Below are positions 45,749 through 56,978 of a stretch of 64,000 bases of DNA, piece after piece (the stretch's first letter is position 1; the number at the start of each line of letters is the position of its first letter). Where the stretch lies: positions 62,001-126,000 of the forward strand of contig NC_079239.1 in the NCBI RefSeq assembly GCF_027921745.1, written 5' to 3'. Source of the DNA: Schizosaccharomyces osmophilus. Lineage: Eukaryota. The position numbers and the translations under genes were made by a program. The notes below the pieces were generated by a model. The model had not been told where the DNA came from. It saw only the letters and a list, made by a program, of their open reading frames with translations, and searched no databases.

Positions 45749-46942
45749 CTGTATTTGTCAGCGTAAAAAATATTAATAATTCGTACGAAACGAACAAGCA
45801 ATAAGCGAAAGAAGAATATGTTGGAAGAAATTCGGACTTGATAAGGTTATTTGTAGCGAAGTCACTGATGTTTCAAACCCCAGTCTTGGCCATACGGATA
45901 AGGATGTGAGCAAACCCACAGCCGAACCTTTTCACGCTTTCATGAAAGATCGCTGAATTTCTTTTCTAACCTTGTATAATAGCTTTCAAAGTTGCATTGA
46001 GAAGAATTATGGGTATCTCACGCAGAGATTAGAGGGGATGAATGCGTTTCTTGATCTTCTTTAATAAAAATATAATAACTCCCGCAACGGTATCAGTTAA
46101 TTTCGCCGAAATCCCAGCGATAGCGCTTTGCTTCTTGGCGAAACTCAGTTGAGCTCAGCAACCGGGGTGCCACTCGGTATGACAATAACGACTGTACTCT
46201 TGATGAATTCTGCGTTACTAGAAGCAGGTTTTGTGTTGTAGACAAGAAAGGAAATGAAACCTGCATTTTAAAAAGCGGCAGTAAATACAAAGCAGTGCTG
46301 GACATGTGTGCAACAGCAAATTTGGTGGATACTAAAATTTCATCTACTCTCAGTCCTCTTTTGGGAGACTCAGGTAATGGTCGCATACCTTGCGATGCCA
46401 CTGACACTGCATTTGTGCTCAACGAAATAATTGAATAAAAGTACCTAGACACATTTTTTTTAGCTTGTTTATTTTCTGAATGCATGAAAAGCATAACGCT
46501 GTAACAGCCATTAGTCAATTTGATTTTCAAAACAGCAAACGCAATTGTATTTGGGGATTTGAAGGATTTCCTTTATATTTTACAAATACTTTACAAATGA
46601 ATAAACAAACAATCTTTCTCGCTGCTTTAACAACGGCAGCAGGCATGCCATTACCAACGATGAAAGAGTATACGCTAATGCCAAGCATTTTTAAACATCG
46701 ATTTTGAGCACCATCAAAGTATAGTGTTTCGTTTAAACAATAAGGGGGAGGTTATTACAATTGCTGGTCAAGCTTGTCTAACCGATTTGTCGCCTATTTG
46801 TTTCATCAAGTCTTATATGCACAATGAGCAGCAGTTATCCAAGAAGCGTTACAGTAGGAAACTCAGTAATGATAATTTGGAATGAACCGTTTGTTTGTAT
46901 AGATAATAAGAAATGAAAAAAGGGAAAAAAATAAGAGAAAAA

Positions 46943-47058
46943 AGCCTACAGCACCCTGAATACCGACCATTGTTGTCTTCAGTAAGAACGAGGACCAGAG
47001 ATATTTACCTGCGGTGATCAGTGGGAGCTGGCATTTTTGCCCGGGTGTGACAGTAGAG
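46943..47058 (-). pseudogene. Heavily decayed 5S rDNA copy
   Basis: AAAAAGCCTACAGCACCC...AACGAGGACCAGAG...CTGCGGTGATC..GGGAGCTGG..TTTT...GGTGTGACAGTAGA is collinear with 41384-41502. Confidence 0.8.
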
Positions 47059-49418
47059 AGCGCTAAGGGCATTTTGTATTAGTATCCAGTTTTGAGATAT
47101 GGCCTGAAAGTCCACAACAACGGACTCAAGTGCTACCCATCTTTTGTGCAAGACATCGTACGAAAAAAGTGGAAACTTATGCACACTTTTCACTATGGGG
47201 GTATTTGCTAATAGCACATAAATGATGCCACTACTCGAGAGACATGAGGATAAGTAGGATCAGTTTGATATGATATTAATCAATTGTCTTCGTTTAAATC
47301 TTTTGCTTATGCAATGTTTTTTTATGTCTACTTCTAATTTCATTTCTTGAATCACGACAGTCAGTCTAGTGTGGCTTGCTTGAATAGACAAACATTCACC
47401 TGAAAAGCTAAAATAAAACAGCTTTTTATGTTGTAACTCTAACGAGAATGCGAAATCTAGGAAAAGGCATTTAACCAGATAGGAGCAGTTGGAAGATTTT
47501 TAGGCAATTTATCATATAGAAAATATAACTCAATGATGTATATATGAAGCTCTATATCATAGACCACCAAACAAAATGGCAATATTGCAAGCCTTCCTAA
47601 AGAGAAATATTGGGATATAATTTTTATTTTTTTTTCTAAGGTCGTTCTAAAGTCGTAGCCAAAAATACTGGCGATTTATATAAACGTAATTGTTAATTCG
47701 TCCCCTAAATATTTCCAATCGCAAGCTCAAAATTCCACTCTATTCATCCGACTTAACCATATCTTTAGGCGAATCTACCATTTTACTTTTTGAATCTGGT
47801 TGATTTTTCTTCTGCCAGACGATTGTTTTCTTTTCAATTGACACACTGTTCAGGAAAAATTGTACATTGCTTTCGTTCACCTTTTATTGACGGCCTTAAT
47901 GGCTCTGCTTGGTACGATGCTCATGGTGATGTTGCTCTAGGAAGTGTTTCTAGTGCCATAGACAAAAGATCTTTTCCTACCGCTGCCGCAAACTGATATT
48001 AATGTAAAAAAAAGACTACCATACCTGTTTGAGGTACGAATGCTTGCGTTGTTTTATTCGGTGTTTAAAGGAATGCTTCTCTTGGTATCGTATTACTATT
48101 TAGCAGATTTTACACCAATAAAGGTTTTTTATCCGAATTCAAAGTCCTAACTTATTTTTTACAATTTGATTTTCTGTATTTTCTGACAAGGTGATTCAGA
48201 TCCTAATAATATTGATCCATCTTTACTCTGATATAAAGAGAATGTTTATCCAGTCCTACATTAGCAACTGGTCGAGTCCTAGACACCATTTACTTTGCTG
48301 CAGCATTGGAGACTACGTCGTTTATATAGAGTCTGGCCAATCCCAACATTACGAAAGTTACGAAAATGATTTGCGAATGAAATGCTTGAACTAACGAGCT
48401 TGGAATTTGAGCTTAATGAAGGAAGTACTCCCACCGGTAGTTGATGCTCGTCAATAAAGCTAAACAATTGAATTTCGCAAGAATTATCTGTCGTTCCCTT
48501 AATCACAATGATTGGGCCCTTTGCAGTGAGATTTACCTAGTTGGATCTTCTCTCTTCACAGTTTAGGAAAACCGCTTGTCACTTACAGCGACGAAATAAT
48601 TATAATCACAAAAATACATGAACTCAGCACACAAAAGTAAAACCAAAAAAGTTTAATAGCTCAATAAAAATAGAATAGAAAATAGTCAAGTTTAGTCAAA
48701 ATGTTCCATAAAGATGAAAATAAAGGAGAAAAAAGTTATCTGTATAGCAAAGCGCACACAGCCAACACGAAGAACCATTGGAATCTAATTTTTTTCCTCT
48801 TTTATTTTTTTTATTTTTTCCAATGAATAATTAACCTACTGAGTAAGTCAACAAGGCGTATACTACTAACAAACGAATGTGAAACACTGCACATGAAGCT
48901 TCAATTTCATCCTCTTTCCAAATAATCAATCGTCATCCTTCGTAGCGAGTCGCTTTCTAATCGAATCCGAATGGATTTATCTGATTAGGTCAATGTTTAC
49001 AAACAAACAAATTGTTACAGAAGATAAAACAAAATAAAAATGGGACTGCAATCCTCCCAAACCATTTTGTTGTCTTTTACGATTGTACAAACTAGCCTAG
49101 GTTACTAGGATGTTTCACTGATGGAGAGTGCAATTTTTTCGAATAATTGTTCTTTAATTTCCTATTAGAATGAATGATTATTAATGGTGCTCACTAGTAT
49201 TTCCAGTTTATGATACAAGCACTAATTACTTCTAGACAAATTGATTCACATAGGAAATCTAGGATAGCCAGATTATATACCAAATCGATTGATAATAAAT
49301 CCACTAATTTCACTGGTCTGTTAAAACTACCCTTTTAATCAACTTGCTTTTTCACGTTATACAAAGTAGTACACTTTGCTGAGAAAATTGAGACCCTTAT
49401 TTTCCTCTGTTATGATGT

Positions 49419-50912
49419 TCAGCATGAGTATCTGTGTCTCAAATCTTGTTTATCCGTGACATCATCATAAATATTATACTCAGGTAAATCTTCTTGCTTT
49501 TCAAATTCATCTCTTTTTTTATTTTCTCGCAAAACCTTCCATCTGTAATAACCCATCAGGATTTCCAGTAAACCCCACGAGGCTAAGTTAACACCCAAAC
49601 CAGCATGAAACTTGGGGTCCTTAGAAAAGTTCCACCACTGAGGATAAATAACGGCAGCAAGACAGTAGCCGACAAAAAAGAGGTTATTAGCAATAGATTT
49701 TTTCGTGTGGCCTCTAATGTTTGATGCATTCAAACTTAATAAAATTGACATAGAACATGTAATTACAGATCCAAGCCAAGAAGCCACTATAATGCCCCAA
49801 CCTGCATTGTTCGGTAAGCCTAATAGCAGAGCGTTGCCGACAATAGGAACGATAACTAGAAGCTGAACAATAACTGTACGATAGTTGGGGAAAATCATCA
49901 CTAACAAGACACCGATCCAAACAAAAGCTAGTTGAACGGCGCCGGAAGGAGATCCGTATTCCATGTTTTGAAACTTGTCGTATCCAAAATCACTGAGAAT
50001 TAAAGACTGAAAAACAGTAGTTCCAGAGGTGACACAAACTAAAAAACCAAATGCCAAGGAACACCAAGTGAGCCAGTCAAATTTGAGGCATTCATACATT
50101 TGTTCCTTACTAAATATAGATCCTCCGAACCTATCACTCTCAGCATATATTCTGTAAAGAGCAATTTTTCTCTCTCTTTCAGAAAGAAACCATGCTTTTT
50201 CTGGAGTAAATGGAATTGCAATTACAAACAAAGTTCCTATAAAAGTAGAAATAACACCGCAAATAATAAACATGATTTTCCAATCTGCTAAAGAAGATTG
50301 ATTCGTTATTCCAACACCATACATAAAGAATGACCCAAAGATTTGTGCCAGAGAGTTCATACTTAACCAAGCGGCCATCCGGTAAGGATGTTCCTTTTTT
50401 CTATACCATGACTGAGTGACTAGCAATGTGCACGGTTGGCAAGCAGCTTCAGTCGCTCCTAAAAGACATCTAACAGCAACAAACTGAGCGTAATTTTGGG
50501 TGGCACCAAGGCAAGTACAGCATATACCCCATGCAACTACTGAAACACCAATCAACAAAGTACGATTCACCATTGTCATAAAATAAATGAAAATAAAAGT
50601 TGTAAAAAGTTGGCATAAATAAAAACCAGTACTGCACCATGAATACTGATTTCCAGTCATTTGCAAATCTGTCTTCAAGCCGAATACGGAAGTATAGGTA
50701 ATGGATTGCTTGTCAAGATATTGTGCAAAGAAAATCAAGCATAACGAAGGAAGAATAAGCAAATCTATTTTTCTAACAAGCTTGTGTTCTTCTTCTTTTG
50801 TATACACCAGTTCATCAAACTGTTGAATTTCTCCAAACTCAACATCGTGATCGACCTTTTCGTTTTCCAATCGAAATTTACTGATGGAGCCTTTTGAACC
50901 CTCAGAGGTCAT
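49419..50912 (-). CDS. MFS transporter of the allantoate/dipeptide permease (Dal5/ACS) family
   Basis: KLVRKIDLLILP, QYLDK, VRCLLGATEA, SWYRKKE, NIRGHTKK and DVTDKQD motifs. Confidence 0.9.
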   Translation of the reverse strand: MTSEGSKGSISKFRLENEKVDHDVEFGEIQQFDELVYTKEEEHKLVRKIDLLILPSLCLIFFAQYLDKQSITYTSVFGLKTDLQMTGNQYSWCSTGFYLCQLFTTFIFIYFMTMVNRTLLIGVSVVAWGICCTCLGATQNYAQFVAVRCLLGATEAACQPCTLLVTQSWYRKKEHPYRMAAWLSMNSLAQIFGSFFMYGVGITNQSSLADWKIMFIICGVISTFIGTLFVIAIPFTPEKAWFLSERERKIALYRIYAESDRFGGSIFSKEQMYECLKFDWLTWCSLAFGFLVCVTSGTTVFQSLILSDFGYDKFQNMEYGSPSGAVQLAFVWIGVLLVMIFPNYRTVIVQLLVIVPIVGNALLLGLPNNAGWGIIVASWLGSVITCSMSILLSLNASNIRGHTKKSIANNLFFVGYCLAAVIYPQWWNFSKDPKFHAGLGVNLASWGLLEILMGYYRWKVLRENKKRDEFEKQEDLPEYNIYDDVTDKQDLRHRYSC

Positions 50913-51754
50913 TTTTTAAATTCGTTTCAAGTTGTGGTTAGAGAATAGATACACAGTGCTATTCTATACTACCAACTAACTTGATTTATATGTATACCGC
51001 TATTTGGTTTTTGGGCTATCTATATACATACGTATTACTTGGAGCAAGCAACATAAATTGAGCTAAAACTTCTACTAAACGCTGTGTCCTTTGCTTTCAA
51101 GATAAGACTTTCTTTTCTCTCCTTCTGATATGTATGGTATCTAGCCAGCTAGACGCTGAAAGGGTTGGGTTGTCCTGTAGGATAATACCTTATTTTGAAA
51201 CCTGTATATTAACTTTCCTATCCAATTCCAAAGATGGCACGCATTGAATATAATTATTTTCAGCTTGTTCCGTTTGAATTATGCAAAAGAATTTACATTA
51301 AGCTTCGCTAACCTGAAAATAACCCAAAGAACCATTTATGGCTGTTCAGATTAGCCGCTAGAGTAGGTTTACGAAAGCGGTGGAGCTGAAGTGTATGCGA
51401 CTTTTGCAGATTGATCGCCGGCTATCAACTTGTACATTTCTACATCACATGAAATCACTTCCTTCCTAGATTTACTAATGTCGCTATTTTCAAGCATTGG
51501 AGTAACATCGATAAATTGAATTCTAGTTCGTCACCTAGTTGAAACAAGACAGGCAATTGACAATGCAGTTTATGATTAACAAAGAACAAGATACTTGTTC
51601 ATCTATCATGTATGTAGATTGCATAGAAAGTTGTGAGTGATAAAAGGGACATGCATTGCAACTTGATTTCTACCGTCAGTCTATGAGTCATTTAGATAAC
51701 ATTTTAGGACTCTTGAATAGATAACATCTATTTGATTCTTGTGGTATATAAGAA

Positions 51755-53155
51755 ATGAACAGTAGTACATCAAGCCGCCTGTCTAAAAGCAAAAAAATGT
51801 CAGAAAATAAGAGTTTAGAGCAATTCATAAAACCTTGGTCACTGCCACCAAAGAAGAATTTCGCCTTTAAAAATGCCAACTTAGTCGACGTCGCAGAAAA
51901 AAAAATCATCGAAAATACAAGCATTTATGTAAGCAATGGAATTATTCGTCAAGTCAATTCCCTTAAAGCTTTAGATTCAGATCCAGTATTAGAAGGGTAT
52001 GAAGTCGTAGACCTTGAGGGAAAATTCGTTTGTCCTGGATTAATTGATGCTCACATCCACATTGTTGCTGTTCCCGGAGAAGCCAGCTTAAAATCTGGAT
52101 TGAATGTTCCGTTTCCTCATGCTGTTTTGCGTTATCACAAACTTTGTAACCAAATCCTAGAAAGAGGCTTCACTACTGTCAGGGACTGCGGTGGAGTTGC
52201 GGCGTTTGTTCGCAATGCTATAGAGGACGATATTATTTATGGGCCTCGGCTATTTTTCGCAGGCAATGCTCTTTCGCAAACTGGTGGTCACGGTGATTTG
52301 CGTGATCCGGCGTCTAAAGGGCAGCATGTACAGGAGGATGCATGCGGATGTCAAAACAATGCTCTTGCAAGAATATGCGATGGTGCAGACGAATGTTTAA
52401 GGGCGGCACGAGATGAACTAAGAAAAGGTGCTGATTTCATAAAAATCATGGCTGGAGGTGGAGTTATTTCTCCAACGGACAAATTGTCTTCCCTTCAGTT
52501 TAGCCCACAAGAGGTCCGGGCAGCTGTGCTTGCTGCAAGCAATAATGGCACTTATGTTACTGCACATGCATATACACCTCAAGCTGTACGTCAATGTATA
52601 GAAAATGGCGTACGGGGAATCGAACATGGTAACTTGATTGATGAATCAACAGCAAAATACATGGCTAGTTGCGATACCTATCTCACACCTACTCTCGTCA
52701 CCTACAAAGCAATGGCAAGTGATCGATTTTCTAATTTTCTTCCCGAGGACGCAAGGAAAAAAAATGAAAAAATATTAGCCGCTGGATTGAAGTCTCTGGA
52801 AATTGCTAAGAATGCTGGCGTTAACATCTGTTATGGATCGGATTTACTTGGACCTCTTTTTGCTGTACAGACTGAGGAGTTTGTTTTACGTTCGTCTGTA
52901 TGTACACCTGGGGAAATTCTACAACAAGCTACAATAAACCCAGCTAAACTTTTTGGTATGGAAAATAAGCTTGGGCAAATTAAGCCGGATTTTTACGCAG
53001 ATCTTTTAATTTTAAATGATAATCCTTTAGAGGATATTTCTGTATTAGACAGTCCTTATCGTCATCTACTGGCTGTCATGAAGGGAGGTAGAATATACAA
53101 GAGTAGGTGGACAAAGTTGCAAGACGATATAACAATCAATGATACTATTATCTAA
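51755..53155 (+). CDS. Metal-dependent amidohydrolase, Xaa-Pro dipeptidase / ochratoxinase-like (alternative ATG at 51797)
   Basis: PGLIDAHIH, GFTTVRDCGG, SQTGGHGD, IKIMAGGG, TAHAY, IEHGN and GSDLLG motifs. Confidence 0.9.
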   Translation: MNSSTSSRLSKSKKMSENKSLEQFIKPWSLPPKKNFAFKNANLVDVAEKKIIENTSIYVSNGIIRQVNSLKALDSDPVLEGYEVVDLEGKFVCPGLIDAHIHIVAVPGEASLKSGLNVPFPHAVLRYHKLCNQILERGFTTVRDCGGVAAFVRNAIEDDIIYGPRLFFAGNALSQTGGHGDLRDPASKGQHVQEDACGCQNNALARICDGADECLRAARDELRKGADFIKIMAGGGVISPTDKLSSLQFSPQEVRAAVLAASNNGTYVTAHAYTPQAVRQCIENGVRGIEHGNLIDESTAKYMASCDTYLTPTLVTYKAMASDRFSNFLPEDARKKNEKILAAGLKSLEIAKNAGVNICYGSDLLGPLFAVQTEEFVLRSSVCTPGEILQQATINPAKLFGMENKLGQIKPDFYADLLILNDNPLEDISVLDSPYRHLLAVMKGGRIYKSRWTKLQDDITINDTII

Positions 53156-53450
53156 CTTTTGCAATGAATGATTTATTATACTGTCAGAGGAACCTTTAAT
53201 AATACACATAGTAAACAAAGCAATTTAACCCTAAGTTTTTGAAACGTCAGCAAGAAACAATTGTAACCCACAAAAAATTACGCTACAAGAAAAACATTTC
53301 ACGAAAATTATATAGTAAGTTTAAATTTTGCATCGGCTCAATCCTTGAGAATGACCTAGTTTTTTAATAAGATTAGCTTGCACGATTAATATTCATGTTC
53401 TGAATGAATTGACAACATGTGCAAATCGAGATCCACAAAATAAACGAGAA

Positions 53451-53569
53451 AGCATACATCACCACAGATGCCCATGTTATCTCCAATCATAGTACTAAAG
53501 AGACCCTCAGACGCTTAACTGCAGTGATTTGATGGGAACTGGTGTTTTCGCCTAGGTGTGGCCGTAGAC
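53451..53569 (-). pseudogene. 5S rDNA variant or pseudogene, full length
   Basis: 119 nt, ungapped against 41384-41502 with 12 substitutions by manual count; T-run terminator shortened. Confidence 0.9.
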
Positions 53570-54233
53570 AATGATTTACTTTGTAAAAGCAATAAGAGCA
53601 TTTCGTCTTGTAGTAGTTGATGTTCTTTAGCGTTGTGTCAACTTGATGTCCTTTAAGATCCAATTCAACTCAGCTCTATTTTTGGTTTTTACAGCTGAAT
53701 GGAAGCTGTTTTGTTGAATTAATAAATGACAAAAGGGCTAAAAACGAGCTTATTTCTCTTTTCTATTGATTCACATTGCGCGTAGACGACCAAGTAAAGG
53801 TAACGTCGCACAGAATAGAGTTGGAATATGCGAGAACGTTCGTTACTTTTCATCATACAAAAGAGGAAATAGATGATTTTTCTAGAGATATCGCGAATGA
53901 CGAGTGAAGCTGTAGTAAACAAAAGGATTCAAGGAAAAAGAAAAGAAAAGAAAAGCAAACAAAATTCCTTTTTCTTATTCAGATTGGAAAGAAAGAACTA
54001 AAAAATGACATGAGAGATAAATGAAATACACGGAAATTCGTGGAATCCCGGTGGTGGCCAAGTGGCCGCATCTAGAAAGTACTAGGGCTCTAAAGAAATG
54101 ATCGAACCATCCTTGTGTTCACTTATAAATAGGAGTGAAGTAGGGTTGATTTGACAACATTGACAAAAAAAGAACAAGAGTTAATTTTTTTAGTTTATTT
54201 TCAAGTGTAGTGTGAAAACAAGCGCTATTTACA

Positions 54234-54665
54234 ATGTCTCTTCAACCTTTCTTCGAGTTGCACCCTTTCCAAGACGTCTTTTCTGACTTTCTGAGTTATT
54301 CTCCTCGTGTCCAACGCCAAAATTGTGTTGGCGATTTGTCACCTGCTATCGATGTTCACGAAGGCAAAGATACCGTCGAAGTGGATGTAGAACTTCCTGG
54401 TGTCAAAAAGCAAGACGTTCAAGTTCATTACGACGAAGGAAAGCTTACCATTTCTGGTGAATCTGTGAATGAGCGCAAGAGCGAAGGCGACAAGGGAAAC
54501 CAAAGATGGTCGGAACGTCGCTTTGGTTCCTTTTCCCGAACAATCACCATTCCAAACAAGGTAGATGCCGATCGTATTGAAGCTCAGTTCAACCACGGTA
54601 TTCTAAGCGTTGTCTTGCCCAAGATTGAGGAATCCCGTTCCAAGAAGCAAATCGCCATTAACTAA
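54234..54665 (+). CDS. hsp16: Small heat-shock protein (alpha-crystallin domain)
   Basis: 143 aa; MSLQPFF start, SPAIDVHEGKD, ELPGVKK, WSERRFGSFSRTI; TATAAATA at ~54124. Confidence 0.9.
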   Translation: MSLQPFFELHPFQDVFSDFLSYSPRVQRQNCVGDLSPAIDVHEGKDTVEVDVELPGVKKQDVQVHYDEGKLTISGESVNERKSEGDKGNQRWSERRFGSFSRTITIPNKVDADRIEAQFNHGILSVVLPKIEESRSKKQIAIN

Positions 54666-55583
54666 ATCTGAGACCGAATTGGATAAACTATGATGGAGCA
54701 AAACCGATTGACGAGTTTACGACCATTATGTTTTTTATGATAATTTAGCATTGACGATTTGACGACAAAAACTGCATGAATGAATGAAATTAGATATTTA
54801 ATATTTTCTATAATTGAAACTACTCTTTTTAATGCAACCATATAAGTGGAATTCGACTGTATTTGATTGAAACGTTAGAGGAAGTAGATTTTACCTATCT
54901 GTGGATATGTGCAAAACGACTTTGCTGATGTAAATTGAGATGCATTGAAACAATTAAATTAGTACTATAATAGTAGAGGATTCTCTGACACAAACCAATG
55001 TCGAAAGCTTTATTGTGTAATAATATAATTGGAGAAATAAAAGACTTTTTCTACTTTCAACTTGTATTATCCTTAAACAAGTTGTTATTTAATCAGGCGA
55101 AACCACTAAATGATAGACACAAATAATCAGACTTGAACGAATGGTCATATAACGCGGAAAAAACAAACAATTTTGAACACGTCGACCAGAGAATAATATA
55201 GTCCTGCTATAGACTCTTTTGGTGAAGTAGAGTGTTTCTTTGGAAGCAATGTCATGTTTATCCCTGCTTTATTTGTTGTTTTTTGTGTTCATGTAAATAA
55301 ACATACTCTGATATTGATCACGCAATTGTTTTAACTTCTACTTGCTTCTTTGTTTGTTTACAAGCTGGCGGTCCAATTTTGTTTATAAATAGATCAACCA
55401 CGAACACAATCCCAATAAAAAAACCATTTCATTTATTTTAAGAGTATTTGCGTCGTCTATCTTATTCATTCCCTCTTTATACTCCATTGATCAAGGGCAA
55501 TTCAACCAATCCCCAGTAAACAAATATTTACTGTCGACCCTTCTCGTCTGGCTCAATTTTATCCATCTTCTTTTTCTCTCAAG

Positions 55584-55931
55584 ATGATGTTATCCAAGCT
55601 TGCATTTTTTGCTTCCGTCGCCTACTCGATGGCTATTCAAGTTACCAGTCCCTCGAAAAATGATGTATGGGAAACTTTCCAGAATCACACGGTTAGCTGG
55701 AATTTTGTCGACACAGATCCAAAAGTTGCTGGAATATATTTGGCCAATTATGTCAGTGTCAATCAAAATCGGTTCGTTGCAAAGGTTTCTGTATCAGACG
55801 GCAGCTATACTGATGGTACAAACACTTGGCCTACTGGTGAAGGTTATTTCTTCAAATTCACTAATCCTGACAATGTTGAAGAAATATATGCTTTATCAGA
55901 GGGATTCACTCTTACACACCCAAGCACTTAG
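55584..55931 (+). CDS. Small secreted protein with a Kre9/Knh1-N-like (Ser/Thr-rich GPI family) Ig-type domain and no GPI tail
   Basis: Signal peptide; IQVTSP...W...TVSW..VDTDP and YALSEGFT pattern; 115 aa. Confidence 0.7.
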   Translation: MMLSKLAFFASVAYSMAIQVTSPSKNDVWETFQNHTVSWNFVDTDPKVAGIYLANYVSVNQNRFVAKVSVSDGSYTDGTNTWPTGEGYFFKFTNPDNVEEIYALSEGFTLTHPST

Positions 55932-56608
55932 AGCAATGATTCTTTTCCGCGCTTGTGTCTTTTCCAATCGCATATATATGTCGAATCATATATAGGGTTA
56001 GCACTCTCTGTTGTAAGGTATTACTTTCGACAATGAAAGATTGCTTTTATTAAATAAATGAAATTTTCAAAAATAAAATAGAGTCACAAATAATACAGCA
56101 ACTGTTAATGAGAACCATAAATAATCTACTTAAAAGAGATCATTTTTAGCCGATTGACTAACTTCAATTCCCTTTATCCATGCTCGTGGTCATCGAAGAA
56201 AGATCTGTTTTAATTTGATAAAGTAAAAAGTTTAGACATATATTGGGAATAAACCATCAATTATGTGTGACAAGTCTATTGCTTGCTTACATTCTGAAAG
56301 GCCCTTTATTTGCAACTTTTTGTGTAAGGAAGGAAAAGATGGAAGTCGTAGATATATATGGATTGATATTTACTTGATCTTAATTAAAAGTAATGAACCA
56401 CCTATTCTATGAGTGTAGTACTATGAGATAAAATGTTATTGAGCTAACAGTAAGAGTATCAATTAAAGTAATATGTTTTTTTATAGTCAAATCAAGGCTT
56501 TGGAATGATTTATTATGAAAACTCTACAACTAATCCCAAAGGCACGCAAGTATAAATATATTGTGAAAACGCTCAATACCCGTACCTAAAGATAAAAACA
56601 AAAAAGGT

Positions 56609-56631
56609 TATATATATATATATATATATAT
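56609..56631 (+). repeat. (TA)n microsatellite
   Basis: About 11 TA units read directly. Confidence 0.85.
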
Positions 56632-56978
56632 TGCTTTACAGCTTGTATTAATTTTGTATAATGAATAAAGGAAAAAGCTAAAGAAAACAAAAGCAGGATT
56701 TCAAAGCTTTAGAACAGAAAAAAAAAAAAACACTCGTGGATCAGTAGTCAAAGCACCGACTATGGATCGAAAAGTTTCAAGTTTAACTACTAGCAAGACC
56801 GATATGATATTTTAACCTACTTCGTTTTGCCTCTCGGTGAGGTCGATAAATTAATTGTGACGACACTTCTGTTGTTATTTTTTTTGCTTTTTTTGGTACA
56901 ACAAATCAACCTGCTTCTAAATAATACATCGTTTTTACAATTTGACCGAATCCTGCGCTCGACAACCCAATTTGCACC

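Noticed and set aside
46093..46530. 145-aa minus-strand ORF
   Set aside because: Non-ATG start and no recognisable features; it is more likely the antisense shadow of the plus-strand frame at 46124-46438.
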